Shown in pieces: positions 12,499-24,262 of a DNA stretch of 64,000 nt. Source of the DNA: Octopus vulgaris (taxonomy: Eukaryota); assembly GCA_951406725.2 (NCBI GenBank), contig OX597826.1:83576001-83640000 (forward strand), read 5' to 3'. Below the pieces are notes generated by a model that saw only the letters and a program-made list of their open reading frames with translations, ran no database searches and was not told where the DNA came from. The stretch's first letter is position 1. The number at the start of each line of letters is the position of its first letter. A program made the position numbers and the translations under genes.

Positions 12499-15400
12499 TG
12501 GTCATCAGTTGGCAGAAATAGGATTCTTGCTGCAATAGCTCTGTGGTCATCAGTTGGCAGAAATAGGATTCTTGCTGCAATAGCTCTGTGGTCATCAGTT
12601 GGCAGAAATAGGATTCTTGCTGCAATAGCTCTGTGGTCATCAGTTGGCAGAAATAGGATTCTTGCTGCAATAGCTCTGTGGTCATCAGTTGGCAGAAATA
12701 GGATTCTTGCTGCAATAGCTCTGTGGTCATCAGTTGGCAGAAATAGGATTCTTGCTGCAATAGCTCTGTGGTCATCAGTTGGCAGAAATAGGATTCTTGC
12801 TGCAATAGCTCTGTGGTCATCAGTTGGCAGAAATAGGATTCTTGCTGCAATAGCTCTGTGGTCATCAGTTGGCAGAAATAGGATTCTTGCTGCAATAGCT
12901 CTGTGGTCATCAGTTGGCAGAAATAGGATTCTTGCTGCAATAGCTCTGTGGTCATCAGTTGGCAGAAATAGGATTCTTGCTGCAATAGCTCTGTGGTCAT
13001 CAGTTGGCAGAAATAGGATTCTTGCTGCAATAGCTCTGTGGTCATCAGTTGGCAGAAATAGGATTCTTGCTGCAATAGCTCTGTGGTCATCAGTTGGCAG
13101 AAATAGGATTCTTGCTGCAATAGCTCTGTGGTCATCAGTTGGCAGAAATAGGATTCTTGCTGCAATAGCTCTGTGGTCATCAGTTGGCAGAAATAGGATT
13201 CTTGCTGCAATAGCTCTGTGGTCATCAGTTGGCAGAAATAGGATTCTTGCTGCAATAGCTCTGTGGTCATCAGTTGGCAGAAATAGGATTCTTGCTGCAA
13301 TAGCTCTGTGGTCATCAGTTGGCAGAAATAGGATTCTTGCTGCAATAGCTCTGTGGTCATCAGTTGGCAGAAATAGGATTCTTGCTGCAATAGCTCTGTG
13401 GTCATCAGTTGGCAGAAATAGGATTCTTGCTGCAATAGCTCTGTGGTCATCAGTTGGCAGAAATAGGATTCTTGCTGCAATAGCTCTGTGGTCATCAGTT
13501 GGCAGAAATAGGATTCTTGCTGCAATAGCTCTGTGGTCATCAGTTGGCAGAAATAGGATTCTTGCTGCAATAGCTCTGTGGTCATCAGTTGGCAGAAATA
13601 GGATTCTTGCTGCAATAGCTCTGTGGTCATCAGTTGGCAGAAATAGGATTCTTGCTGCAATAGCTCTGTGGTCATCAGTTGGCAGAAATAGGATTCTTGC
13701 TGCAATAGCTCTGTGGTCATCAGTTGGCAGAAATAGGATTCTTGCTGCAATAGCTCTGTGGTCATCAGTTGGCAGAAATAGGATTCTTGCTGCAATAGCT
13801 CTGTGGTCATCAGTTGGCAGAAATAGGATTCTTGCTGCAATAGCTCTGTGGTCATCAGTTGGCAGAAATAGGATTCTTGCTGCAATAGCTCTGTGGTCAT
13901 CAGTTGGCAGAAATAGGATTCTTGCTGCAATAGCTCTGTGGTCATCAGTTGGCAGAAATAGGATTCTTGCTGCAATAGCTCTGTGGTCATCAGTTGGCAG
14001 AAATAAGATTCTTGCTGCAATAGCTCTGTGGTCATCAGTTGGCAGAAATAGGATTCTTGCTGCAATAGCTCTGTGGTCATCAGTTGGCAGAAATAGGATT
14101 CTTGCTGCAATAGCTCTGTGGTCATCAGTTGGCAGAAATAGGATTCTTGCTGCAATAGCTCTGTGGTCATCAGTTGGCAGAAATAGGATTCTTGCTGCAA
14201 TAGCTCTGTGGTCATCAGTTGGCAGAAATAGGATTCTTGCTGCAATAGCTCTGTGGTCATCAGTTGGCAGAAATAGGATTCTTGCTGCAATAGCTCTGTG
14301 GTCATCAGTTGACAGAAATAGGATTCTTGCTGCAATAGCTCTGTGGTGTTGCTTCATATTGTTGTTATCCAAAACGTCCATATCTGCAATAGCTCTGTGG
14401 TCATCAGTTGGCAGAAATAGGATTCTTGCTGCAATAGCTCTGTGGTCATCAGTTGGCAGAAATAGGATTCTTGCTGCAATAGCTCTGTGGTCATCAGTTG
14501 GCAGAAATAGGATTCTTGCTGCAATAGCTCTGTGGTCATCAGTTGGCAGAAATAGGATTCTTGCTGCAATAGCTCTGTGGTCATCAGTTGGCAGAAATAG
14601 GATTCTTGCTGCAATAGCTCTGTGGTCATCAGTTGGCAGAAATAGGATTCTTGCTGCAATAGCTCTGTGGTCATCAGTTGGCAGAAATAGGATTCTTGCT
14701 GCAATAGCTCTGTGGTCATCAGTTGGCAGAAATAGGATTCTTGCTGCAATAGCTCTGTGGTCATCAGTTGGCAGAAATAGGATTCTTGCTGCAATAGCTC
14801 TGTGGTCATCAGTTGGCAGAAATAGGATTCTTGCTGCAATAGCTCTGTGGTCATCAGTTGGCAGAAATAGGATTCTTGCTGCAATAGCTCTGTGGTCATC
14901 AGTTGGCAGAAATAGGATTCTTGCTGCAATAGCTCTGTGGTCATCAGTTGGCAGAAATAGGATTCTTGCTGCAATAGCTCTGTGGTCATCAGTTGGCAGA
15001 AATAGGATTCTTGCTGCAATAGCTCTGTGGTCATCAGTTGGCAGAAATAGGATTCTTGCTGCAATAGCTCTGTGGTCATCAGTTGGCAGAAATAGGATTC
15101 TGCTGTAGCTCTGTGGTCATCAGTTGGCAGAAATAGGATTCTTGCTGCAATAGCTCTGTGGTCATCAGTTGGCAGAAATAGGATTCTTGCTGCAATAGCT
15201 CTGTGGTCATCAGTTGGCAGAAATAGGATTCTTGCTGCAATAGCTCTGTGGTCATCAGTTGGCAGAATAGAGTCACTGTATGGCAGAAATAGGATCTGCA
15301 ATAGCTCTGTGGTCATCAGTTGGCAGAAATAGGATTCTTGCTGCAATAGCTCTGTGGTCATCAGTTGGCAGAAATAGGATTCTTGCTGCAATAGCTCTGT

Positions 15401-16122
15401 GGTCATCAGTTGGCAGAAATAGGATTCTTGCTGCAATAGCTCTGTGGTCATCAGTTGGCAGAAATAGGATTCTTGCTGCAATAGCTCTGTGGTCATCAGT
15501 TGGCAGAAATAGGATTCTTGCTGCAATAGCTCTGTGGTCATCAGTTGGCAGAAATAGGATTCTTGCTGCAATAGCTCTGTGGTCATCAGTTGGCAGAAAT
15601 AGGATTCTTGCTGCAATAGCTCTGTGGTCATCAGTTGGCAGAAATAAGATTCTTGCTGCAATAGCTCTGTGGTCATCAGTTGGCAGAAATAGGATTCTTG
15701 CTGCAATAGCTCTGTGGTCATCAGTTGGCAGAAATAAGATTCTTGCTGCAATAGCTCTGTGGTCATCAGTTGGCAGAAATAGGATTCTTGCTGCAATAGC
15801 TCTGTGGTCATCAGTTGGCAGAAATAGGATTCTTGCTGCAATAGCTCTGTGGTCATCAGTTGGCAGAAATAGATTCTTGCTGCAATAGCTCTGTGGTCAT
15901 CAGTTGGCAGAAATAGGATTCTTGCTGCAATAGCTCTGTGGTCATCAGTTGGCAGAAATAAGATTCTTGCTGCAATAGCTCTGTGGTCATCAGTTGGCAG
16001 AAATAGGATTCTTGCTGCAATAGCTCTGTGGTCATCAGTTGGCAGAAATAGGATTCTTGCTGCAATAGCTCTGTGGTCATCAGTTGACAGAAATAGGATT
16101 CTTGCTGCAATAGCTCTGTGGT
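12499..16122. repeat. 45-bp minisatellite (tggtcatcagttggcagaaataggattcttgctgcaatagctctg)n, about 80 units in two sub-arrays
   Basis: About 41 units at 12499-14347 and about 38.5 at 14384-16122. Nearly invariant, with interruptions near 14348-14383, 15100 and 15265-15297. Confidence 0.98.
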
Positions 16123-16692
16123 GTTGCTCTGTTATCCATCACGTCACATAATGGAACTCCACAGGAACTGATGGCCATCATACATTCACTCCCAAGAATC
16201 TCTGGTTCATTGTTGTGTGGTGTTACAACTGGTCATTTGACTAATGACCAACATCACAGAGGTCTGTTATTGCCATCACCATCATCATCATCATCACCGC
16301 CAGCAGCAGCTGATTTGCCAGAATGATTTGCCAGGATCTAATCAGTCCAAAAACACCATTCTTTGCATCATACTCCATTCTTTAAATTCTATGAGTTATT
16401 CTTTTGTATATTTGAATACCTAGCAGGGAGTTTTTGTCTACTAATTGCATGAATAATTTCAACCAACTGACGTTTTTTTTTTCGATCCATTCCAAATCTT
16501 TATCTTCCATCGATCTTTTTAAATGGAACAACCAATGTCTTCGCTTCTCTCTTTGCATTTTTGCATCAACTAAACTTCATTCATTGCAACGGTTGCTCCT
16601 TCACTCATACTGAAACCCTGTCTGTCCGTCCGTCTGTCCGCCTGTCTGCCTGTTTGTCTGTCTGTCAGTATGGCTGTCCATCTGACTGTCTA

Positions 16693-16742
<50 letters not shown>

Positions 16743-17779
16743 CTGTGCTTAATTCTGTGTCACCAATTTCCAAGAAATTCCAACCAAATATATACACAGA
16801 TGCCTGCACATACTCAGTGAAGCAAATGCATGAGTGCATACGTGTGTGTGTGTGTGTGCGTGTGTGTGTGTGTGTTTGTGTGTGCGTGTGTGTGGGTGGG
16901 TGAGTATGAGAGTGTGTGCGTGTTTGAGTATTTAGATTTAAATTTAAGTTTTTTGTATATTTTTTGGATCCAAGAGAATAAAAGATGAATTTTAAAGAAA
17001 ATATCATCCTTAACTTTTGGCAGACATTTTTCTTTCCTTGTTTTATTCATACTTGAATCTTTTACTTACACTTAATGCCATACACACACACACATGCACA
17101 CACACACATACACATACATACAAACAGACACACATACATACATAAATATATATACACACACACAGGCACACACCGCATACACACCGCACACACACACACA
17201 CGTGCGCATGATGGGAGCAGTTTCCATCAGCCGAACTCCATTCTCAAAGTGTCAGACAACAAAACCCTATATTGGAAGACATTTGCTTAATTCTGTGCAA
17301 CAGAATCAAATCCACCCTTTGTATGATTGCGAAATGAATTCCTTAATTCCTTGGCTCTGCCTCTTTCTAAAATCCTCTAGAAATTCTTTTGCTCTGACCA
17401 TCACCACTAATGGAACTCCACAGGAACTGATGTCCATCATACATTCACCCCAAGAATCTCTGATTGATAATGTGGAACAGAATAATATCAAATCACTGGA
17501 ATTTGTGACTGAAAAGGTAAAACAGATATCTCCACACCAGGAAGCATTGCCTGAAAGCCAAATACGAAAATCTGAGTTGGCACCAAATAATCCTGTTTAT
17601 AATGCCACTCCTTAGGTGGTTTCCCTTTCTCATTCTCCTAATCTCTGGTTATTTTTGTTTTGACCCTCTTTTAAAAATGGTGTCAGAAATTTAGAATATC
17701 ATGAGCAGCTAATTCCAATCAAAAATAATGTATACAAAACATGTTGTGTTTGTTTCAGTTGCAGAAAATCTTTGCAGCC

Positions 17780-18200
17780 AAAACGTAGCCAGCATGCATG
17801 TTTATTCGAATGCACACCATTGAGACTTCCCGCGTGACAAGAATCCACTGTGTCTGGTGGAAGAAACTGTGTCTATTCCTGAAGCACAAGATGTTTAACG
17901 CTTTGAATTGACTGTGCCCCAGTTCCTTAGTGACCTGAAAAGCACAAAAGAATCGTTGCATGTGTAACATATATAAGCCATTAGGAAGAAGTTCTAAAAC
18001 TCATTCCTTCAACTTGGCTTCCATTCCATCATATGAAACCAATATAATTCTCAGCATTTCCACCAACTGCGAAGAGACCGGATGATTAATACCAAACTTC
18101 AATTCCGTTGCACCGTTTGTGTTTCTTTTGGCAAATTCAATTATTTTAATCTCGACTTTTACCACTTTGGAACTCTTTTGTTTTCTCTTCTACAATGAGA
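17780..18200 (-). mobile_element. Possible pogo/Tigger-like DNA transposon remnant (N-terminal HTH region)
   Basis: Minus-strand fragments KIIEFAKRNTNGATELKFGIN and KELGHSQFKAL..FRNRHSF resemble the Brinker-type and CENP-B-type HTHs of pogo transposases. Heavily decayed. Confidence 0.4.
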
Positions 18201-18539
18201 TGATGCGATAGATTTGCTGTTCATAAATTGGTGAAGAACAACAATTATATTTATATTGACTTATGACGAACAGAAACTGGAAATAGGAAAAGTGATTACA
18301 TCAGCATTTTATTGGATTTCAATTATGATAATTAATGTTGAAATTGTCCAATCACAACAAGCATAAGTTTAGCCATTCCGTCCTGATGCATGGTTAAGTG
18401 AGTCAATCATGAGAGAGTCTTTCAGCAGGAGACAAGGTTTGAAGAAGCCAGGCTGCTGTTCTGTTTATCAATAAATGTACCACTCGATAGCATCAACTAC
18501 TGACCCAATAAGAGCCAATGTTTTCTCAGATTCCCAGAA

Positions 18540-18735
18540 AATGTGCAAGAGAGAAGATTGCATTGACTTGGTCATGTGATGTGTATGAATGTGAAGAGTT
18601 GCATCGGGAAGTGCAGATCCTTTAAAGTGGTTGGAACTTGTGGAAGAAGGAGATCCAAAAAGACCAGGGATGAAGTATTGAAGGAGGATCTCAAGACACG
18701 AAGCCATACAAAAGAGATGACAAAGGTCAAAGGTG
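18540..18735 (+). mobile_element. Decayed RTE LINE ORF C-terminal fragment
   Basis: VQERRLH*LGHV...KCRSFKVVGTCGRRRSKKTRDEVLKEDLKT is homologous to the 7984-8187 peptide. Confidence 0.7.
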
Positions 18736-18822
18736 ATATTGCCTCATGCTCAGACATATTCTTGTGGAATAATGGAAATAAGTGTCACTGCCCAAAGGAT
18801 CCAGTGAAAATGCCATCAAAAA

Positions 18823-19310
18823 GTCTTGTGGTTCACACCCGCTTTCTCTCTAAATGTAAAAGCTTGTATGGATAAGAACTAACTGGATAAACACTTTCAT
18901 CATATGAATAGGTTCTGTAAAATATATAATTAAACACACCTGTGCACCCAGGATAAAGAAAATATTAGTAGGCCCACACCTGAGACAGAGGCAAGATGCT
19001 CATGTAGGGACAACACTACATGTCTCTTTAATGACCACTGAGAAAGAGGGACAATTGTGTATGAGGCAGAGTTCAGATCAAAGGACCCCAACAGTCAGTG
19101 AAATGTGCAGAAGTATGTGAAGGTCCTTTAAGGGCCTTCTGTCTCATTCACATACCTCCTCCTTCAACATTCAAGTGAGACCCACTAACCACTGCTTTAA
19201 CTAGGCATTTATAGTCATTGAAGCAAAGCACCATGGATTAGAAAATCAAGTGGAAAATCTTGGAGAAGTGCAAACCTTGTTTTAATAGTAGTAGTAAGTG
19301 CAGATTATGC
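18823..19310 (+). mobile_element. Penelope-like element remnant (Naiad-type Zn-knuckle linker and GIY-YIG endonuclease)
   Basis: VLWFTPAFSLNVK..LDKHF...CSCRDNTTCLFNDH*..IVYEAE...CEG...HTSSF...IKWKILEKCKPCFNSSSKCRLC, collinear with the remnant at 62800-63445. Confidence 0.75.
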
Positions 19311-20099
19311 CAAGAAAAGAATTATATTAAAAATTTCTGTCATTAGTATATCTACATAAACTGCAAAAGCAAGATTTTCAGCTTGTGTCCACATGAGAGA
19401 AGATAATGCTTGCTTACCTATGGTCCTCATCATGATTATAAATGCTAGGATCTCCACCATTGATCCTCCCACAATCACATTTTGAGAACCCAGCAAAGTT
19501 TTGACCAAACCATACACACATGGACACACATATTTACATGAACTCACACAAGGAGTTAAAGGTTTGTGCATCCACTTAATTCCTGCCTCTGAAAACCTCT
19601 CAAAACCTCCCAGTACATACCAGCCCCTTAACTCCTCTACACATGTACTTATCCAAAAGACTCCGGCTGCATCACTGCTAATTCAGGAAGTTTGGTGAAC
19701 AAAGGGATATAACTATTGGCAAGATTGACTGTAATGGATCTATAATACTTCAATAAATGTGTGAGTGCACGTCTTACCTTTGGCCCTAAACACCTGATGG
19801 AGTTATAGTGGTGCCTTTATGATTTACAATATGTCTTGTACATTTAAACTTGATAGAGACCATTTGAACCCAGTCGATTTCTTCAGAGTGAAAGAAGAAG
19901 AACCAATCTCAATACTGATGGAGTTCACTGTTTATCAGCTGTAAAAGAATAAAGGCAAAGTTGACCTAAACCAGATTTGAACTCAAAGAACTGAGATCTG
20001 AAATGTAAGCTGCAAGTCGTTTATTTAGTGCTCTAGCGACTCTGCTAATTAACCTTATATAATCTGTCTAGTGCTACTTTCCTTAGTTTGTTTAATCCC

Positions 20100-20197
20100 T
20101 GATGCAGCCTTCTGGCTTCACAGACCCCAGTTGAACCGTCCAACCCATGCTAGCATGGAAAGCAGACTCTAAATGATGATGATGATGATGATGATGA
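20100..20197 (+). mobile_element. Family A tail, 3'-most fragment
   Basis: cagaccccagttgaaccgtccaacccatgctagcatggaaagc..(gat)n. Confidence 0.75.
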
Positions 20198-20199
20198 TA

Positions 20200-21117
20200 C
20201 AGGATGCAATAGCTAAGTTGTTGCCATTTTATATTTTTTTAATTTCACACATGCGCATTGTTTGTTTTTGATTTTCTTGACTACACAGTTTAGTAGGTCC
20301 AGCTACACACCGTCTGTGAGAAAACAACATCATCATCATCATCATCATCATCATGACGCAATTCACTCTGACGCAATTCACTTTGCCAGAAATTTGGAAA
20401 CGACATGCTGTAGTGCTTGGCATTCGTGCTGGAATCTTCAATAAGAATATTTCAGAGTGTTTGGGTGTCAATCTGAGGACAGACGATTCAGAAAGAGTTG
20501 CATGAGTCTAATGGTGAGTACAAAGATAAGGCAGCTCAGAAAACTTACTCTGATCATTCTGATAAGAAAAGAACTCCTGAATTTGTTGGTGAGATTCAGG
20601 TGATGATTGACAACGGTCCCTCCAAGTCAATCAGGTCCATTTCCAGAGACATGGGAGTTTCTGAGTTTCTTGTGAGGCAAAAAAGGTGCATGAAAACATT
20701 TGGTATTCCTCATACAAGATGAGAAAGGGCCAATTTTTATCCCAAGCCATCAAGGAAAAGAGGAAAGGCTGCACTACAAAGCTTTTGAACCAAGTCAAGC
20801 ATCCCCTCCAACCGAACATGCTTTGGTTTTTCTGAGATGAGAAAAATTTTGTAGGATCAGATGGTTAACACACAGAATAACTGTTGAATTGCTGCGTCCC
20901 CAAAGCATGATAAAAATCAAACATCCAGCCAACATCATGGTGTTTGGAGTGATCACTAGTGATGGTGACTTTATGCCTCCATTCACTTTCCCACATTTAC
21001 TCTTTAGTATTTCAAGATATTTTTATGTAATTTTGGTAAATATTTCTGTTAAAATGAGATGTCAGTGTTATTTTCATTTTTGCATAATTTAGATGACAAT
21101 TTATTCACTGCACCCTG
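20200..21117 (+). mobile_element. Tc1/mariner-superfamily DNA transposon (DD37D/maT-like), internally deleted
   Basis: TIRs ta|caggatgcaatagctaagttgttgcc and gatgacaatttattcactgcaccctg. Peptides SIRSISRDMGVSEFLVR, WFF.DEKNF and KHPANIMVFGVITSDG..PPFTF. Confidence 0.8.
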
Positions 21118-21156
21118 TGTGTGTGTATGTATATATATATATATATATATATATAC

Positions 21157-22120
21157 CAAGGTGACCAAGTCAGTAGTGCAGGTTGCTCTGAGAGTGTAGC
21201 TGCTAGAATAAGAATAGCCTGGGCAAAGTTCAGAAAGCTCCTACCTCCACTGGCAGCAAAAGGCGTCTCGCTCAGAGTGAAAGGTAGATTGTATGATGCA
21301 TGTGTGTGAACAGCCATGCTGCACAGCAGTGAAACATGGGCTGTGACTGCCAAGGACATGCATAGGCTTGAAAGAAATGAAGCCAGTATGCTTCACTGGA
21401 TGTGTAATGCCAGTGTGCAGGTTTGATAGTGTGTAAGCCTCCTGAGAGAATTGTTGGACATGAGAAGTATCAGATATGGTGTGCAAGAGAGATGACTGCA
21501 CAGGTATGGTCAAGTGTTGCGTATAGATGAGGACAGCTATGTGAAGAAGTGCTACACCCTAACAGTGGAAGGAACCTGTGGAAGAGGTAGATCCAGGAAG
21601 ACCTGGTGTGAGGTGGTAAAGCATGACCTTCAAACATTGAGCCTCATAGAGGCAATGGCAAGAGACGGAGACCTTTGGAGATATGCTGTGACTGAGAAGA
21701 CCAGGCAAGTAAAATAAGATCACAGCCATGGCTGATACCAGTGTTGCATAACTGCTCCATTTAAAAGTATCCTTGAATTGTCAAGCAATATGATGTGCTT
21801 GAGAAGACATGTTGAGCCAAGTGAAATCATTGTCGTGGTTGCCTGAATGGCACCCGTGACAGTGACATGTGAAAAGCACCATTCATGCATGGTTGATGCC
21901 AGTGCTGCCAGACTGGCTCCTGTGCCAGTGGCAGGTAAAAAGCACCCACTACAATCTCAGAGTGGTTGGCATTAGGAAAGGCATACAGCTGTAGAAATCT
22001 TGCCAGATCAGATTGGAGCCTGGTGCAGCCTCTTGGTTTGCCAGCCCTCAGTCAAAGCATCCAACCCATGCCAGCATGGAAAGCAGACATTAAACAATGA
22101 TGATGATAATGATGATGATA
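21157..22120 (+). mobile_element. 5'-truncated RTE-clade LINE with family A tail, pseudogenised
   Basis: GDQVSSAGCSESVAARIRIAW...YDACV*...RGRSRKTW...DLWRYAVTEKTRQVK, then the tail and (GAT)n. Near-identical to 7876-8545 in opposite orientation. Confidence 0.9.
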
Positions 22121-22435
22121 CATTATATAAAGTATATTGACATAAGTCACCCTATTCCTAAAGAACAAACACACACCCCAACAGCATTTTAAATTGAATT
22201 AATTTTATAATTTATTTAAAGGCTAGGATTGTCTACCTTGGCTTTCTTGACCAGAGTTTTGCCAATGACATATTTTTTTTCTTTTCCTTTTGATTTCTTG
22301 TCATCACTTAAAACCAATTCAAATTTCTTTGCCCGCTGCAGGAACCAATTTATTGTAAATTTACATAAACAGTTCATGATTTTAAAATATTCATAGGTTT
22401 TCCTGTAAAATATAATATATCTCTCTCTATCTAGG

Positions 22436-22947
22436 TCACCGCATAGGATGCCCCATGATTGTTTCCACACGTTTTCCCCATTCATCTCGATCTTCCATAA
22501 TGGTCCTCAGCGCCTGTACCCCTTCCATACCAGTATTCTCCAGCAAGTTGTCAATGCAGGTCGGCTTCCTCCTTCCTCTCCTGGTTTTTCCTTCCGTTGG
22601 TTTCCAGAGCACTAGCTTGTTAGCAATTTCATCGGTGTGTCTGATGCAGTGTCCAGCTAACCTCATCCTTCTATGCTGCATCTTCAATGTTACTTTTGGT
22701 AGTCCCTGGAATGAGTCGGTGTTTGGTGTATGACTCTTCCAGGAGACATTAAAAGTGCCATTCTAAACATCCTCGCATAACAACCATCCAGCTGCTTCTT
22801 CAAAGTACTGAAAAAAGGCATCGTAGCAAGGAGAGCTCTTGCTAGGGGTGCTTGCCATAAATTGAGAAAGAAATTGAAAGTGGGGCTGTGTTCTGGCAAC
22901 ACTGGAGTCTGTTCTTCTATACGGGGCTGAAACATGGACGCTCACTA
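22436..22947 (-). mobile_element. RTE-clade LINE 3' fragment (second family) with an inverted 5' segment
   Basis: Minus strand: STLKKQLDGCYARMFRMAL..RRMRLAGHCIRH..KLVLWKPTEGKTRRGRR..MEDRDEW. Plus strand 22824-22947: ARRALARGACHKLRK...ESVLLYGAETWTLT. Confidence 0.85.
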
Positions 22948-22980
22948 AATATAATGTAATATAAAATAATACAATATAGT

Positions 22981-23024
<44 letters not shown>

Positions 23025-23053
23025 TGTGTGTGTGAGTGTGTGTGTGTGTCTGT

Positions 23054-23098
<45 letters not shown>

Positions 23099-23999
23099 TG
23101 TGAACACCCCAAAATAATATGAGTCCACCAGAAAACGGGTTTTTTATGTAATTAGCTTTGCAAAAAAAAATGGAGAAACTAATATTTAAATGATTTAAGT
23201 GAAATATAGAAGAGAGAGAGAGAGAGAGAGCAAACCATTCTATTAACAGGAATGGAGAAAAAGGAATTGAACATGGAGAATATCAATTTCTATTTCAATG
23301 TTTTAGATTTAACAGCAATCATTTGATTCCATTAAAATATAAAAATAAAAGATTATTGAGAAAAGTAAAAGAAAAAGAAAAGAAGAGAGAGAGAGAAAGA
23401 AAGAAACAAAGAAGGAAAGAAAAAAAGGAAGAGAGTTGTCAATGAACCAAGTCGAAGTAAGCAAAATTCCCAGGATAGCAGTCAAAAGGAGTGGAGACAA
23501 ACTCAGCAGTGGTTGCCACTCTAGGATTTCATAGTTAGTCATCTGTAAATCTTGATGATTTTGTGAGTCATTCCCATTTTTTAGGAGAGGGTAGGAAGGT
23601 AGAAAAATAAAAAACTTAGTAAAATACAAAAATCCCAGAATTTAAAGAATTGCATTTGGCAAAAGTCAGTGGAACGGTTTTAAGAGGAACTGTCTTGAGA
23701 CTGGTTGGGTTCAGAATTAAATTATAATCTTAATTCAATCTCATTGTAATGTAAAATAACTCTCTCTCTCTCTCTCTCTCCCTCAATCTCTCTCTTCTCT
23801 CTCTCTTTCCTCTCTCTCTTCCTCTCTCTCTCTCTAGCCAGGTAACAAAACACCTGTTTCTGCCTCTGTCTCTCTGTCACACTTGAACCTTTCATCATCT
23901 GACACATGATCACATCCTCTAATGTCCCCTCTCTTCTCAAAGGATCTTCGTCTTCCTCCTCCAATTACCCTTTCCCTCTCAAAAATTCCTTGTTTTGCA

Positions 24000-24195
24000 A
24001 GTTACTTGGTGACCCTGCAGGTGCTGGTGCCACATAAAAAGCATCCAGTTCACACTGGGGGAAGGGCATTTGCAAGGGTATACAGCCATAAAAACTATGC
24101 CAAAACAGACACAGTAGCCTGGTGCAGGCCCCTACATGGCCGGCTTCTGTCAAACTGAAAGGAGGACATTAAATGATGATGATGATGATGATGAT
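24000..24195 (+). mobile_element. Decayed family A tail
   Basis: gtgctggtgccacataaaaagca...aagggca..cagcc...ggacattaaatgatgatg. Confidence 0.65.
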
Positions 24196-24262
24196 ATATA
24201 CATCCATACAGACATTTACATACATGCATACATATGTACACACACACACACACATATATATA

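Noticed and set aside
12416-16110. ORFs of up to ~640 aa ((QQESYFCQLMTTELL)n and other frames) as protein genes
   Set aside because: They arise from a 45-bp unit that is stop-free in three frames. There is no synonymous variation or domain signature, and frames switch at array interruptions.
12499-16122. CRISPR array
   Set aside because: Units are identical head-to-tail with no unique spacers, there are no cas genes, and the context is eukaryotic.
12499-16122. Tandem hammerhead array (minus strand has CTGATGA in every unit)
   Set aside because: No GAAA at the right place (it reads GAAT), and no stem I, II or III pairing.
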